A stretch of DNA of 64,000 bases, taken from a bacterium (GTDB lineage Bacteria; UBA8248). The stretch is taken from the NCBI GenBank assembly GCA_965213625.1, contig CBDBZU010000004.1, positions 384,001-448,000 on the forward strand, written 5' to 3'. Shown here piece after piece: positions 52,092 to 62,350 of this stretch. Positions within the stretch are counted from its first letter, which is position 1. Every line of letters begins with the position of its first letter. Made by a program: the position numbers and the translations under genes. The notes beneath the pieces were generated by a model. That model had not been told where the DNA came from, did no database searches, and worked only from the letters and a program-made list of their open reading frames with translations.

Positions 52092-52128
52092 ATCAACCAC
52101 CGGAAACACAGCCTGAGGAGCGCACCGA

Positions 52129-52932
52129 ATGGAGAAACTCATCATCACCAACTGCGCGGCGGATACCCGGAAGCACTCGGGCGTCCCCAAGCGGCTCCAG
52201 ACGCCCGACGCCGTCGCCAAAGAGATCAAGGAAAGCTACGACGCCGGCGCGGCCATCGCCCACATCCACGGCATCCCCATGAAGCTCGAAAGCTGGGAGC
52301 CGCTCACGAACGCGGTGCGCGAGGCCTGCCCCGAGGTACTAATCCAGTTCGGTATCGCCGCGATGGGCCTGCCGGGAAGACAGAAGATCATCCACTTGAA
52401 GCCGGATATGGCCTCCATCGCCTTAGGATCCCATGATTTCGCCTTCGTGGATGCCGACCTCCTCGTCGAACACTCCCGCCAGGAGATAGAAGACCAAGTG
52501 CGCCTGTTCAACGACCACGGCGTGAAGCCCGAGTTCGAGTGCTTCAACCTCGGCCACCTGTGGAACCTGGAGTGGCTGCTGGACAAGGGGCTGGTGGAAG
52601 ACCCCGTCGTCATCACCATCTTCTTCGGCTGGCCGGGCGGATTTTACGCCCCCGCCACGCTCAAGGAGCTTCTCCACCGCATCGACCACCTGCCCGAGGG
52701 CTGCGTGTTCTCGTGCAGTTCGGCGGGCCCGACTTCGAACGCGCTCGAGACCGTCACCATCATCGAGGGCGGCCACGTGCGCGTGGGCACCGAGGACGAG
52801 CCCTACTACACCGAGGGCGTGCTGTGCGAGAACAACGCGCAATTGGTCGCGCGCATCGCGCGGATCGGCCACGAACTCGGGCGCGACCCGGCCACGGTGG
52901 ATGAGGCGAAGAAAATACTCGGCATGGACTAG
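52129..52932 (+). CDS. Beta-keto acid cleavage enzyme (BKACE/DUF849), copy 1
   Basis: AGAAIAHIH (HxH), GVKPEFECF, GGHVRVGTED, NAQLVARI, GRDPAT. Confidence 0.88.
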   Translation: MEKLIITNCAADTRKHSGVPKRLQTPDAVAKEIKESYDAGAAIAHIHGIPMKLESWEPLTNAVREACPEVLIQFGIAAMGLPGRQKIIHLKPDMASIALGSHDFAFVDADLLVEHSRQEIEDQVRLFNDHGVKPEFECFNLGHLWNLEWLLDKGLVEDPVVITIFFGWPGGFYAPATLKELLHRIDHLPEGCVFSCSSAGPTSNALETVTIIEGGHVRVGTEDEPYYTEGVLCENNAQLVARIARIGHELGRDPATVDEAKKILGMD

Positions 52933-52964
52933 ACGGAATTTCAGGCATCATAAAGGAGCGTTTC

Positions 52965-53759
52965 ATGGATAAGATGATGATCATCAACTGCGCGGCGGAC
53001 ACCTCGATGCACGAGGGCGTGCCGCAGCGTTTCGCGGATTCTGAAGTCCTCGCCGACTCTGTGGAAAAGGCTTATGAGTCGGGCGCTTCCACCGCCCACA
53101 TCCATGCGCCGCCCACGAACTACGAGGCCTGGGCGTCTCACTCCAAGGCCATCAGGGACAGGTGCGGAATCATGCTCCAGTACGGCATCTCCACCCAGAC
53201 GGTCGAGCAGCGAAAAGAAGTGGTCAAGAACCATCCCGAGATGATGTCCGTCGCCGTGGGTGCGCACAACATGGCGTTTATCGCGCGCGACGTGATGATG
53301 CTCCACCCCCGCGAGGAATTGGCCGAGATGATGCGGCTGTGCAGGGACTACAACGTGAAGCCCGAGTTCGAGGTCTTCACTCTGGGTGAGACCTGGATGA
53401 TCGACGACCTGCTCCAAAAAGGGCTTCTCGAGCCGCCCGTTCTCATGACGTGCTTCTTCGGGCGTCCGGGTGGGGCGTGGTCGCCGCCCTCGCTGAGTGA
53501 GTTTTTGCACCGCGTCTCGAACCTGCCCGCGGATTCGGTCTACATCACGAGCGCCACCGGCCCCACGCACATCCACATGCAGACGATGGCGGTCATGCAC
53601 GGCGGCCACGTGCGCGTAGGCACGGAGGATGAGCCCTATCTCCACCCCGGCGAACTGGGCGACAACGCCGATCACGTCGCGCGCATCGCGCGTATCGCGG
53701 GCGAGATGGGCCGCGAAATCGCGAGCGTGGACGAGGCGAAAGCGATGATAGGAATTTGA
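52965..53759 (+). CDS. Beta-keto acid cleavage enzyme (BKACE/DUF849), copy 2
   Basis: AHIH, VKPEFEVF, GGHVRVGTED, GREIAS. Confidence 0.88.
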   Translation: MDKMMIINCAADTSMHEGVPQRFADSEVLADSVEKAYESGASTAHIHAPPTNYEAWASHSKAIRDRCGIMLQYGISTQTVEQRKEVVKNHPEMMSVAVGAHNMAFIARDVMMLHPREELAEMMRLCRDYNVKPEFEVFTLGETWMIDDLLQKGLLEPPVLMTCFFGRPGGAWSPPSLSEFLHRVSNLPADSVYITSATGPTHIHMQTMAVMHGGHVRVGTEDEPYLHPGELGDNADHVARIARIAGEMGREIASVDEAKAMIGI

Positions 53760-53797
53760 CGGCTTCTTTTCCCAATATTTCTGAGGATTATTAAAAC

Positions 53798-55483
53798 ATG
53801 CCCAAGATGAGCGGGGCGCAGTTCATGGCTGACGCCCTCCACGCCTACGGCGTCACCCACATATTCTTCGTGCCGACGATACTGAGCCACTCCCTCGCCC
53901 AGATGGATGAGCGCGGCACGGGCATCGCCCGCGTCCTGACGCACGGGGAGAAGGCCGCGGCCTACATGGCGGACGGCTACGCGCGCGCCTCGGGCCGCCC
54001 CGGCGTCTGCATGGCGCAAATCGTCGGCGGCGTGAACCTCGCAGCCGGGCTGCGCGACGCCCACCTGGCCTGCGCACCCCTCATCGCGTTTACGGGCGGC
54101 ACCACGCCGCAGATCCGCTACCGGAACGCCTATCAGGAAACGGAGGACATCAGCGCGTTCGACCCGGTCACCAAGTTCAACGCCACGGTGGATGACGTCA
54201 CGCGCTTTCCCGATCTGCTCCGTCAAGCCTTCCGCGTCGCCACCTCGGGCACGCCTGGTCCCGTGCACCTGCGCTTCGGCGGGAATTTGGGGCAGGTGGA
54301 GCAGGACGTGGCCGATCTGGAATTGATCGTCGAGGAGAACTTCAAACAGGTCCCCGCCTACCGGCCCGAACCGGAACCTGCAAGCATCACACATGCGCTG
54401 GAGGTAATCGCGAAAGCCGAGCGGCCCATCATCGTCGCGGGCGGCGGCGTCAGGACATCGGGCGCGAACGCCGAGTTGGTGGCGCTTGCCGAGAAGCTGC
54501 AGATTCCCGTCGCCACCTCCATGAACGGCAAGGAATCGATTCCGGGCGATCATCCCCTCTCGGTCGGCGTGGTGGGGACGTATTCCAGACGAAGCGCGAA
54601 CGAACTCGTGTCGGAAGCCGATCTCGTATTTTTCATCGGCACTCAGACGGGCGGCATGACCACCCACTTCTGGCGCGTACCCAAAATCGGCGTCAAGGCG
54701 GTTCAACTCGACATCGACCCCGAAGAACTCGGGCGCAACTACCCGCTCGAGGCCTCCATCATGGGCGATGCGAAAATTTCGCTCGGAAAACTCATCGAAG
54801 CGGCGGAAGAAGTCCCCGCGCGCGCGGCGTGGCTATCGCGCGTGGAGCAGGTGGGCGCGGCGTGGCGGGCGGAGTTCGCGCCGCTGCTGAACTCGGACGC
54901 CTCGCCCATGCGGCCCGAACGCGTCTGCAAGACGCTGGGCGAGCACCTGCCGTCTGACGCCATTGTCCTCGCCGACACCGGGCATTCGGGCATGTGGACG
55001 GGCGGCTACCTCGACCTCAAAAGCCCTGACGTCAGCTTCATCCGCGCGGCGGGCCACCTGGGCTGGGGATTCCCCGCCGCCTTGGGGGCCAAGTGCGGCG
55101 CGCCCGAGCGTCCCGTGGTCATCTTCACTGGGGATGCGGGTTTCTGGTACCACATCGGCGAAGTCGAGACCGCCGTGCGCTGGGGCATCAACGCCGTCAT
55201 CCTCGTGAACAACAACGGCTCCCAGAACCAGGAGACCAAGATTTTCGACGACGCCTACGGCGGGGAGCAGCACGGCAAGGCCCACGAACTCTGGCACTTC
55301 AACCAGACGAATTTTACAGAAATCGCCAAATCCATGGGCGCCGCGAGCATCCGCGTGGAAAAACCGGGCGAACTCGGAAGCGCGCTCGATCAGGCCTTCA
55401 GCATGAAGGGAGGCCCCGTCATCCTCGACGTCGTGACGGACATCGAAGCCCTCGCGCCGGGGGCTTATGGGCCGCCTGATTAG
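53798..55483 (+). CDS. Thiamine-diphosphate-dependent enzyme (acetolactate synthase superfamily)
   Basis: HGEKAAAYMADGYARASG, PGPVHL, TGDAGF...VNNN ThDP-binding motif. Confidence 0.9.
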   Translation: MPKMSGAQFMADALHAYGVTHIFFVPTILSHSLAQMDERGTGIARVLTHGEKAAAYMADGYARASGRPGVCMAQIVGGVNLAAGLRDAHLACAPLIAFTGGTTPQIRYRNAYQETEDISAFDPVTKFNATVDDVTRFPDLLRQAFRVATSGTPGPVHLRFGGNLGQVEQDVADLELIVEENFKQVPAYRPEPEPASITHALEVIAKAERPIIVAGGGVRTSGANAELVALAEKLQIPVATSMNGKESIPGDHPLSVGVVGTYSRRSANELVSEADLVFFIGTQTGGMTTHFWRVPKIGVKAVQLDIDPEELGRNYPLEASIMGDAKISLGKLIEAAEEVPARAAWLSRVEQVGAAWRAEFAPLLNSDASPMRPERVCKTLGEHLPSDAIVLADTGHSGMWTGGYLDLKSPDVSFIRAAGHLGWGFPAALGAKCGAPERPVVIFTGDAGFWYHIGEVETAVRWGINAVILVNNNGSQNQETKIFDDAYGGEQHGKAHELWHFNQTNFTEIAKSMGAASIRVEKPGELGSALDQAFSMKGGPVILDVVTDIEALAPGAYGPPD

Positions 55484-56796
55484 GGGTAAAAGTTGTCAAT
55501 TTGAGCCGCAATTTTGGGAAGTATCTCCATCGCATGCCCCTTTGTTTCTCTCTTCACAGAATCAGTAAATTCAGTCTCTGTCATTTCATCTTCAGGACGG
55601 TCAAAAAGAAGGCGCCACCAATTAGCGAAATGAGGAGAAACGTCTTCCTGAGGCCAACTATCAAACCCAAAGAACTCATTGATCTCATCCCAGGTTGCTT
55701 TTGATGAAGCGATTTTATCGTATAATTCCGGAGCACAATGCCGAATAATACAGATACCCGACACTAAGACAGGATTGCCACCGCCTGAAGAGGCCCCTGC
55801 ATAATACAAGGCGATATTCGTCATTATTTTTTCTACCGTTCTCAACGAAACATGACGATTTTGAATAATACATTCGAGAGAATCTGAAAAACCTTGATGC
55901 TTGTGAGGATCCATCGGAAGCAAATTTAACTCACCCCACAGATAAGTAATATATTCTCTTGTTTCCGTACCTGTTAACATTGACGAAGCTGAAAACCTAA
56001 GACGCACATCGTAGAATTTTTCAAGATAAGTGAGAGCATGTTCCTCGTCGCCTAGGCCGTGTGTGTTCTGAAAAATTTTTGCCAACTGCGGAAGATGTGC
56101 CGACAGCACGAAGTGAATGCCCGACACAGCGAAAATGTGTTTTATCTTCTCGATAAGTTCCACAGCAAAAGAAGGTCGGCACCGGTCAAGCTCATCGACA
56201 ATCAAGACGAGCGGCATTCCTTCTTCGGCTGACATTCCCTTCGCCAATTTCTCAAGCGCCTCCCGAAAAGAAGATAGAAGCTCTGCATCGGCTTCCGCAG
56301 ATTTCAGGCGCTCCTCAATAATTTCTGAAATGTCATCTATCGGGGCTTCACTCAGTTTCTTGACATCTTCAAGCGATATTTCACCCGAGCTAATTTTGTT
56401 TATCGCAATTTGAGCAATGATAGAGAGAGAGGCCTTCCCTAGTGATTTCGCACTTTCAAGGAAATTCGCGCGGGTGTTATCTTCGGGCAATTTTACTTTC
56501 TGGGCAGCAGCGAATATCTCTGCTGACAGGGCGATGAATGGGTCAGTTTGGTAGTCCCGAGCGAAAGCATCGAATTCAATCACGGGAATATTGGCGGTTC
56601 TCAACTCACCCGCCCACTGTTTCAGGAACGTGGTCTTTCCGCTTCCCCATTCACCATCCAGCAAAAAGACGATCGGGTCTTCTATATTCTTGACAAGATT
56701 TGTAAGACGACCAGAAAAGTCTTTACGCCAAAAACGATCATTTTCCATAAAGCCAGTTTTTTCACCAATTTCAAGAGGTCTCGGCTTGATTCTCAT
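55480..56796 (-). CDS. KAP-family P-loop NTPase
   Basis: LDGEWGSGKT, FDAF..DYQTDP, LIVDELDRCRP, IEKIKH, YLEKF; low GC; GGAGG RBS before ATG at 56796. Confidence 0.9.
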   Translation of the reverse strand: MRIKPRPLEIGEKTGFMENDRFWRKDFSGRLTNLVKNIEDPIVFLLDGEWGSGKTTFLKQWAGELRTANIPVIEFDAFARDYQTDPFIALSAEIFAAAQKVKLPEDNTRANFLESAKSLGKASLSIIAQIAINKISSGEISLEDVKKLSEAPIDDISEIIEERLKSAEADAELLSSFREALEKLAKGMSAEEGMPLVLIVDELDRCRPSFAVELIEKIKHIFAVSGIHFVLSAHLPQLAKIFQNTHGLGDEEHALTYLEKFYDVRLRFSASSMLTGTETREYITYLWGELNLLPMDPHKHQGFSDSLECIIQNRHVSLRTVEKIMTNIALYYAGASSGGGNPVLVSGICIIRHCAPELYDKIASSKATWDEINEFFGFDSWPQEDVSPHFANWWRLLFDRPEDEMTETEFTDSVKRETKGHAMEILPKIAAQIDNFYP

Positions 56797-56927
56797 GAAC
56801 CTGTTTCCTCCTAACAAACATCTATTTTTTAGTTAATCCGTCGCTCCCTACGCTGGGTACGCATCTTTCCTACAATACATGCAGGAGCACAACCACTGAT
56901 CTCACATGAGTGCGAGTTACCCTTAAT

Positions 56928-57154
56928 GGGGTCGTTGAAAAAGCTCTGATTTCTAGATTAGTCGTATGTAACCGACCAGTGAGAGAGAAAATCACTCCCC
57001 CCTTGAGGGGGAGTCGGTGAGGTAAGGGGGGTTTATCACGAAACCGAACCGGTGGGGGGTATAATTCGGAATGACAATAAACGCGTTTTACCCCCCACCG
57101 GCGCGACTTCGGACTACGTCCTTGTCTTGCCGACTCCCCCTCAAGGGGGGAGTG
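56928..57154. repeat. IS-end-like motif plus inverted REP-like pair
   Basis: 56928..56947 is the exact reverse complement of 43461..43480; perfect 25-bp inverted pair CACTCCCCCCTTGAGGGGGAGTCGG at 56993..57017 and 57130..57154. Confidence 0.85.
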
Positions 57155-57246
57155 GTTGTTGGTCGCTCTACAAGGGGCGAAGCCATTTCATAAGCGCATA
57201 TCGCTCAAGAAATCTATTCTCTGTTTTTGGGGGATTCCCCACCCAC

Positions 57247-58035
57247 CTAATGCGACAATATCTGGCTCAGGAAGAGTTTCGTGCGGTCCGATTGGGGTCG
57301 GTAGAAGAATTCTTCGGGCTCGTTCTGCTCGATAATCTGGCCCTCGTCCATGAAGATGACCCGGTGGGCGACCTGGCGCGCGAAGCCCATCTCGTGCGTC
57401 ACGACCAGCATCGTCATCTCGGTCTCGGCGAGTTCGACCATCACGTCGAGCACTTCCTTGATCATCTCAGGATCGAGCGCGGAAGTGGGTTCGTCGAAGA
57501 GCATGATCTTGGGCCGCATGCAGAGCGAGCGCGCAATGGCGACGCGCTGCTGCTGGCCGCCCGATAGCTGGCCGGGGAATTTCAGGGCCTGCTCGGGAAT
57601 CTTGACGCGCGTCAGGTATTCCATCGCGAGCTCTTCCGCCTCGGCCCTCGGCGTCTTGCGCACCCAGATGGGCGCGAGCGTGCAGTTTTCCAGCACCGTC
57701 AAGTGCGGGAAAAGGTTGAACTGCTGGAACAGCATGCCGACTTCCCGGCGCACGTTGTCGATTTGCTTCAAGTCTCCGGTCAACTCGATGCCTTGGACCA
57801 CGATGGCGCCTTTCTGGTGTTCTTCCAGGCGGTTGATGCAGCGGATGAGCGTCGATTTGCCCGAACCCGAGGGCCCGCATATGACGATGCGCTCGCCACG
57901 ATAGACGGTGAGGTCGATGTCGCGCAGGACGTGAAACTGGCCGAACCACTTGTTCATGCCCTCGATGCGGATAATCGGCTCGTTCGAGAGGGTTTCCGTA
58001 TTCACCGCCCCGGCTTCGCCCGCGTTTTCACTCAT
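57247..58035 (-). CDS. aapP: General L-amino acid ABC ATPase
   Basis: [41 protein letters not shown]; start ATG at 58035. Confidence 0.93.
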   Translation of the reverse strand: MSENAGEAGAVNTETLSNEPIIRIEGMNKWFGQFHVLRDIDLTVYRGERIVICGPSGSGKSTLIRCINRLEEHQKGAIVVQGIELTGDLKQIDNVRREVGMLFQQFNLFPHLTVLENCTLAPIWVRKTPRAEAEELAMEYLTRVKIPEQALKFPGQLSGGQQQRVAIARSLCMRPKIMLFDEPTSALDPEMIKEVLDVMVELAETEMTMLVVTHEMGFARQVAHRVIFMDEGQIIEQNEPEEFFYRPQSDRTKLFLSQILSH

Positions 58036-58052
58036 GAGTCGTTTCCTCCCGC

Positions 58053-59183
58053 TTAATTTCGGTGGCCCGTGTCGAGCTTGCGCTCGAGCCACATACTGTA
58101 GCGCGACATGCTGAAACAGAAGATGAAATAGATGACGGCCGCAAAGATGTAGGATTCATGCTCGAGACCCAGCCATTTGGGGTCTGTCACCGCCGAGCGG
58201 GCCACGAGCAGCAGGTCGAACAGCCCGATGATCGAGACCAGCGCCGTATCCTTGAACAGGGCGATGAAGGTGTTGACGATGCCCGGAATCACGATTTTGA
58301 GCGCCTGGGGCAGGATGATGAGCTGCATCGACTTCCAGTAGTTCAGTCCCAGCGCCATGGCCGCCTCGGTCTGGCCCTTCGGAAGAGCCTGCAGCCCGCC
58401 GCGCACCACCTCGGCCATATAGGCGGAGGCGAACATGATGAACCCTATCAGGGCGCGCAGCAGTTCGTTGGCGTTCACCCCCTCGGGCGTGAACAGCGGC
58501 AGCATGAACGACGCCATGAAGAGCACGGTGATGAGCGGCACCGAGCGCCACAGTTCGATGAAGGCGATGCAGATCGTGCGGATGACGGGCATCTCCGATC
58601 GCCGCCCGAGCGCCAGCAGAACGCCTATCGGCAGGGAGAACAATATGGCGACCGCGGCGAACACCAGCGTGAGCGTCAGGCCGCCCCACTTGTGCGTCGG
58701 CACGCTCTCCAGGCCGAAGGCGCCGTGGAGCAGAACGAAGGCGACGATGGGGAAGCCGAATACCAGGAAAAGCGCCGCGAAGGTGCGGCCCGGCACCCTG
58801 TCGGACAGCACCGGCAAGAGGTTCACGCAGAACAGGATGAAGGTGAGGTTCACCCGCCAGCGCTCGGGCTCGGGGTAGAAGCCGTAGATGTACTGCCCGA
58901 ACCGTTTCGGCACCAGAACCCAGCAGGCCCCCGCAATCCCCCGGCAATCCTTGTTGGACTCACCCTCCAAGAGCGAGTCGATGAAGGCCCACTCGAACAG
59001 CGGCGGCACGACCAGATAAAGTAGATAGAACGTCAGCAGCGTGAGCGCCGTATTGGCCGGCGAGGAGAACAGGTTCGCCCGCATCCAGCCGGCTACGCCC
59101 GCGGTCGAGACCGGCGGCGCCGCCTCGGGAATATTCTCCGTGCGGACGAAGCTCCTGTCCGGATTGTTGGCTATATCGCTCAT
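58053..59183 (-). CDS. aapM: General L-amino acid ABC permease
   Basis: [31 protein letters not shown]. Confidence 0.92.
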   Translation of the reverse strand: MSDIANNPDRSFVRTENIPEAAPPVSTAGVAGWMRANLFSSPANTALTLLTFYLLYLVVPPLFEWAFIDSLLEGESNKDCRGIAGACWVLVPKRFGQYIYGFYPEPERWRVNLTFILFCVNLLPVLSDRVPGRTFAALFLVFGFPIVAFVLLHGAFGLESVPTHKWGGLTLTLVFAAVAILFSLPIGVLLALGRRSEMPVIRTICIAFIELWRSVPLITVLFMASFMLPLFTPEGVNANELLRALIGFIMFASAYMAEVVRGGLQALPKGQTEAAMALGLNYWKSMQLIILPQALKIVIPGIVNTFIALFKDTALVSIIGLFDLLLVARSAVTDPKWLGLEHESYIFAAVIYFIFCFSMSRYSMWLERKLDTGHRN

Positions 59184-59187
59184 GGCC

Positions 59188-60387
59188 TCATCTCTCCACC
59201 AGCGATATGCGCCGGTTGTACCAGTTCATGTAGAGCGATATCAGGAGGCTGAAGGTGAGATACACCACCATGCACATAGCGATGATCTCGAGGGCCTGGC
59301 CGGTCTGGTTCAGCGAGATGCCGCCGAAGACGTTGAACAGATCGGGGTAGCCGATGGCGATGCCGAGGGATGAGTTCTTCGTCAGGTTCAGGTACTGGCT
59401 CACCAGCGGCGGCACGATGACCCGGAGCGCCTGGGGAATGATGACGAGCCTGAGCGTCGGCCCCGGCCGCACCCCCAGGGAATAGGAGGCTTCGCGCTGG
59501 CCGCGCGAGACGGCGAGAATGCCTGCGCGCACGATCTCGGCGATGAACGATGAGGTGTAGACAGTGAGCGCGGCCAGCGAAGCGAACAGCTCTATCTGGA
59601 TTTCCAGGCCGCCCGTGAAGCGGAAACGGCCAAGCTCCGCGTATTCCCAGGCCAGCGGAAAACCGGTCGCAACCGAGGCGAGCAGCGGCGCGCCGATGAG
59701 GACGCCGAGCGACGCCCAGAAGACGGGGAACTGCTCTCCGGTCGCGTCCTGGCGCCTGCGCGCCCATTTTTTGAGATAGATAATCGCCGCGATGGCGACG
59801 AAGACCGATGCCACGACCACCATAAAGCCCGGCTGGGGGAGCGGCTTCGGGATCGTGAGGCCGCGGTTGTGGATAAAGATCGTTCCGAACGGCGATATGG
59901 CCTGGCGCACCAGGGGCAGCGACTGAAAGACGGCGAAGTGCCAGAATAGAAAATGCAGCAGGAGCGGCACGTTGCGCACCGACTCGATATACACTCCCAC
60001 CAGTTTCGAGACCAGCCAGTTGTTCGAGAGCCTGAGCACGCCGAGAATGAAGCCCAGAATCGTCGCAAGCACGATGCCCAGGACCGAGATGAGGAGCGTG
60101 TTGAGCAGACCGACGATGAATACCGCCCCGTGGGTCGAGCCCGCCTCGACGGAGTAGGGAATGAGCGTGAGCGGAATCTCGAAGCCTGCCGGGTTATTGA
60201 GGAAATCGAACCCCGTCTTGATGTTGCGTTTTTCGAGGTTGATGAGCGTGTTGTTGATCAGGTAGAGGGCAAGGCCGATGAGAGCCAACACGAAGGCGAC
60301 CTGAAAGGCGATTGACCGGACTTTCGGGTCGTACCACCAACTGGCGGCGCTTGGCCGCGCGCCTGCTTGTTGAGAGTCTACCGCCAT
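59188..60387 (-). CDS. aapQ: General L-amino acid ABC permease
   Basis: VGLLNTL, RNVPLLL, AEIVRAGI, NLTKNSSL, QTGQALE. Confidence 0.92.
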   Translation of the reverse strand: MAVDSQQAGARPSAASWWYDPKVRSIAFQVAFVLALIGLALYLINNTLINLEKRNIKTGFDFLNNPAGFEIPLTLIPYSVEAGSTHGAVFIVGLLNTLLISVLGIVLATILGFILGVLRLSNNWLVSKLVGVYIESVRNVPLLLHFLFWHFAVFQSLPLVRQAISPFGTIFIHNRGLTIPKPLPQPGFMVVVASVFVAIAAIIYLKKWARRRQDATGEQFPVFWASLGVLIGAPLLASVATGFPLAWEYAELGRFRFTGGLEIQIELFASLAALTVYTSSFIAEIVRAGILAVSRGQREASYSLGVRPGPTLRLVIIPQALRVIVPPLVSQYLNLTKNSSLGIAIGYPDLFNVFGGISLNQTGQALEIIAMCMVVYLTFSLLISLYMNWYNRRISLVER

Positions 60388-60504
60388 ATCGAGCCCCCGG
60401 GGGTGCGACTTCGCCTGCGCGGTATCTTTGCTTCGAGAACGCGCCGCCCGTCCCCGGGGAAATCCCCGGAGCCGATGCGGTCTTATCTTACACGTTCAGT
60501 CGGC

Positions 60505-61530
60505 TTAGCGGAATGGAGGCGAGTAGAGAATGCCGCCCTTCGTCCAGAGCTGGTTGTAGCCGCGCGCAAGGCCAACGGCCGTCTTGGGGCCGATGTGGCG
60601 CTCGTAGATCTCGGAATAGTTGCCCACGCCCTTGATGACGTTGTAGGCCCAGTCCTTCGGGAGGCCGAGCATGCTGCCGAAATCGCCTTCCTGACCGAGC
60701 ATGCGTTTGATCTCGGGGTTGCTCGATTTCTTCATGGCGTCGACGTTCTTCGACGTAATGCCGAGTTCCTCGGCGACGATGAGCGCGTTGCGCACCCAGC
60801 GGGCGATGTCGCCCCACACGTTGTCACCATGACGCACGACGGGGCCCAGGGGCTCCTTCGAGATGATTTCGGGCAGAATCACGTGGTCGGCCGGGTTCTT
60901 GAGTACGGAGCGCTGGGCGGCCAGGCCGGAGCGGTCCGTCGTGTAGGCGTCGCAACGGTTGGCGGCGTAGTTCTGGCGCGCCTCGGCCGCGTCCTCGACG
61001 ACGACCGATTTGAACTTCATCTTGTTGCTGCGGAAAAAGTCCGCCAGGTTCAGCTCGGTCGTGGTTCCCGTCTGGATGCAGATCGAAGCGCCACCGAGTT
61101 CCTTGGCGCTCTTGACGCCGAGCGACTTGCGGGCGATGAAGCCCTGTCCGTCGTAGTACAGCACGCCCACGAACTCGAGGCCCAGGTTCACGTCGCGCTT
61201 GAAGGTCCACGTCGTGTTGCGCGAGAGGACGTCGATTTCACCCGATTGAAGCGCCGGGAAGCGCGTTTTGCCGGTCAGCGGCTTGTAGGTCACCTTGTCG
61301 GGATTGCCGAAAATCGCTGCGCTGATGCCGCGGCAGTAATCGACGTCGAAACCTCTCCAGACGCCCTTGTCGTCGGGCGCGGAGAATCCCGTCAGGCCGG
61401 TGTTGACGCCGCAGATGAGATTGCCGCGCTTTTTCACGGTCTCCAGTGTCGGGCTGGCGGCGAACGCGGCGCTTGCGATTACCGCCACGGCGGCAAACGC
61501 GCAAACTACGGTGAACAGGTGTTTTCTCAT
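60505..61530 (-). CDS. aapJ: General L-amino acid ABC substrate-binding protein
   Basis: LICGVNTGL.GF, GFDVDYCR, LSRNTTWT, ISKEPLGP, VGNYSE, LYSPPFR; start ATG at 61530. Confidence 0.93.
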   Translation of the reverse strand: MRKHLFTVVCAFAAVAVIASAAFAASPTLETVKKRGNLICGVNTGLTGFSAPDDKGVWRGFDVDYCRGISAAIFGNPDKVTYKPLTGKTRFPALQSGEIDVLSRNTTWTFKRDVNLGLEFVGVLYYDGQGFIARKSLGVKSAKELGGASICIQTGTTTELNLADFFRSNKMKFKSVVVEDAAEARQNYAANRCDAYTTDRSGLAAQRSVLKNPADHVILPEIISKEPLGPVVRHGDNVWGDIARWVRNALIVAEELGITSKNVDAMKKSSNPEIKRMLGQEGDFGSMLGLPKDWAYNVIKGVGNYSEIYERHIGPKTAVGLARGYNQLWTKGGILYSPPFR

Positions 61531-61759
61531 TGTAATTCTCTCCCTCGTGGGCCCTCGCGGGCATCTAGTAATTAAAGAAACGTCCTCTGTGAATGAGTCT
61601 AGTGTGGAAAGAAAAAAATAGCATGATGGGGATGCTCTCACAACCTTTTTTTCTGGCCTGCAGATGAAGATGGAGAATTTTCAGAATCAGCAGGAAAATA
61701 TGTCTGGTAGGTGCTGTTTCGTAACCGTCACTGTGACATCAAGCAACGTTGCCGTGAAC

Positions 61760-62047
61760 TCAAGCGCCAGGGCGAAGCCGAAGGCCCAGGGCGCGCATGA
61801 CCTTGAGCACGGTGGCGAACTCGGGATTCCCCTCGGGCGAGAGCGCCTTGTAGAGGCTCTCCCTGCCGAGACCGGTCTCGGCGGCGACCTTCGTCATCCC
61901 TCTGGCTCGCGCCGCGTCGCCCAACGCCGCCGCGATGAGCGCCGGGTCGCCATCTTCGAATGCCGCCTCGAGATAAAGAACGATATCCTCTTTGGTATTT
62001 AGATTATCCGCCGCATCCCACGGCTTGACCCTTGTATTCGTCATCAC
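61760..62047 (-). CDS. Addiction-module antitoxin, HTH (HI1420-like)
   Basis: WDAADNL, YLEAAFE, ALGDAARARGM, GLGRESLYKALS.EGNP.FAT. Confidence 0.92.
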   Translation of the reverse strand: MMTNTRVKPWDAADNLNTKEDIVLYLEAAFEDGDPALIAAALGDAARARGMTKVAAETGLGRESLYKALSPEGNPEFATVLKVMRALGLRLRPGA

Positions 62048-62053
62048 AAACTC

Positions 62054-62347
62054 CTATAGCTCTTGCGCCAAATTCCGCGCTCTTAGGATATCCCGAGCCT
62101 GAGTACTTTTATCTCCCCCGGCCAGCAGCAACACCAAGGATTGCCCTTGCTGTTCGAAGTAAACACGATAGCCGGGCCCGTAGTCTATCCGAAGTTCCGA
62201 GACGCCATGCCCGACAGCCCGCACGTCACCAGGGTTACCCAAAGACAACCGTCTGATGCGGGTATTGATGCGCGCCTTTGCCCGCTTATCCCGAAGCCTC
62301 TCGAACCATCGGGCGTATTGATCAGTTTGACGAACCTCGATCATCAC
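62054..62347 (-). CDS. RelE/ParE/HigB-family addiction-module toxin (HI1419-like)
   Basis: GNPGD..VG.GVSELRIDYGPGYRVY, LLLAGGDKSTQ; toxin-first gene order. Confidence 0.93.
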   Translation of the reverse strand: MMIEVRQTDQYARWFERLRDKRAKARINTRIRRLSLGNPGDVRAVGHGVSELRIDYGPGYRVYFEQQGQSLVLLLAGGDKSTQARDILRARNLAQEL

Positions 62348-62350
62348 TTA

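Noticed and set aside
53798-55483. Biosynthetic ilvB, or 2-hydroxyacyl-CoA lyase linked to the hcm operon
   Set aside because: No ilvH/ilvC neighbours, the context is catabolic and 44 kb from hcm; subfamily cannot be assigned by eye
56797-56840. Integron cassette boundary (GTTAGGA) before the KAP gene
   Set aside because: Not a GTTRRRY match, no attC after the stop codon, and no integrase present
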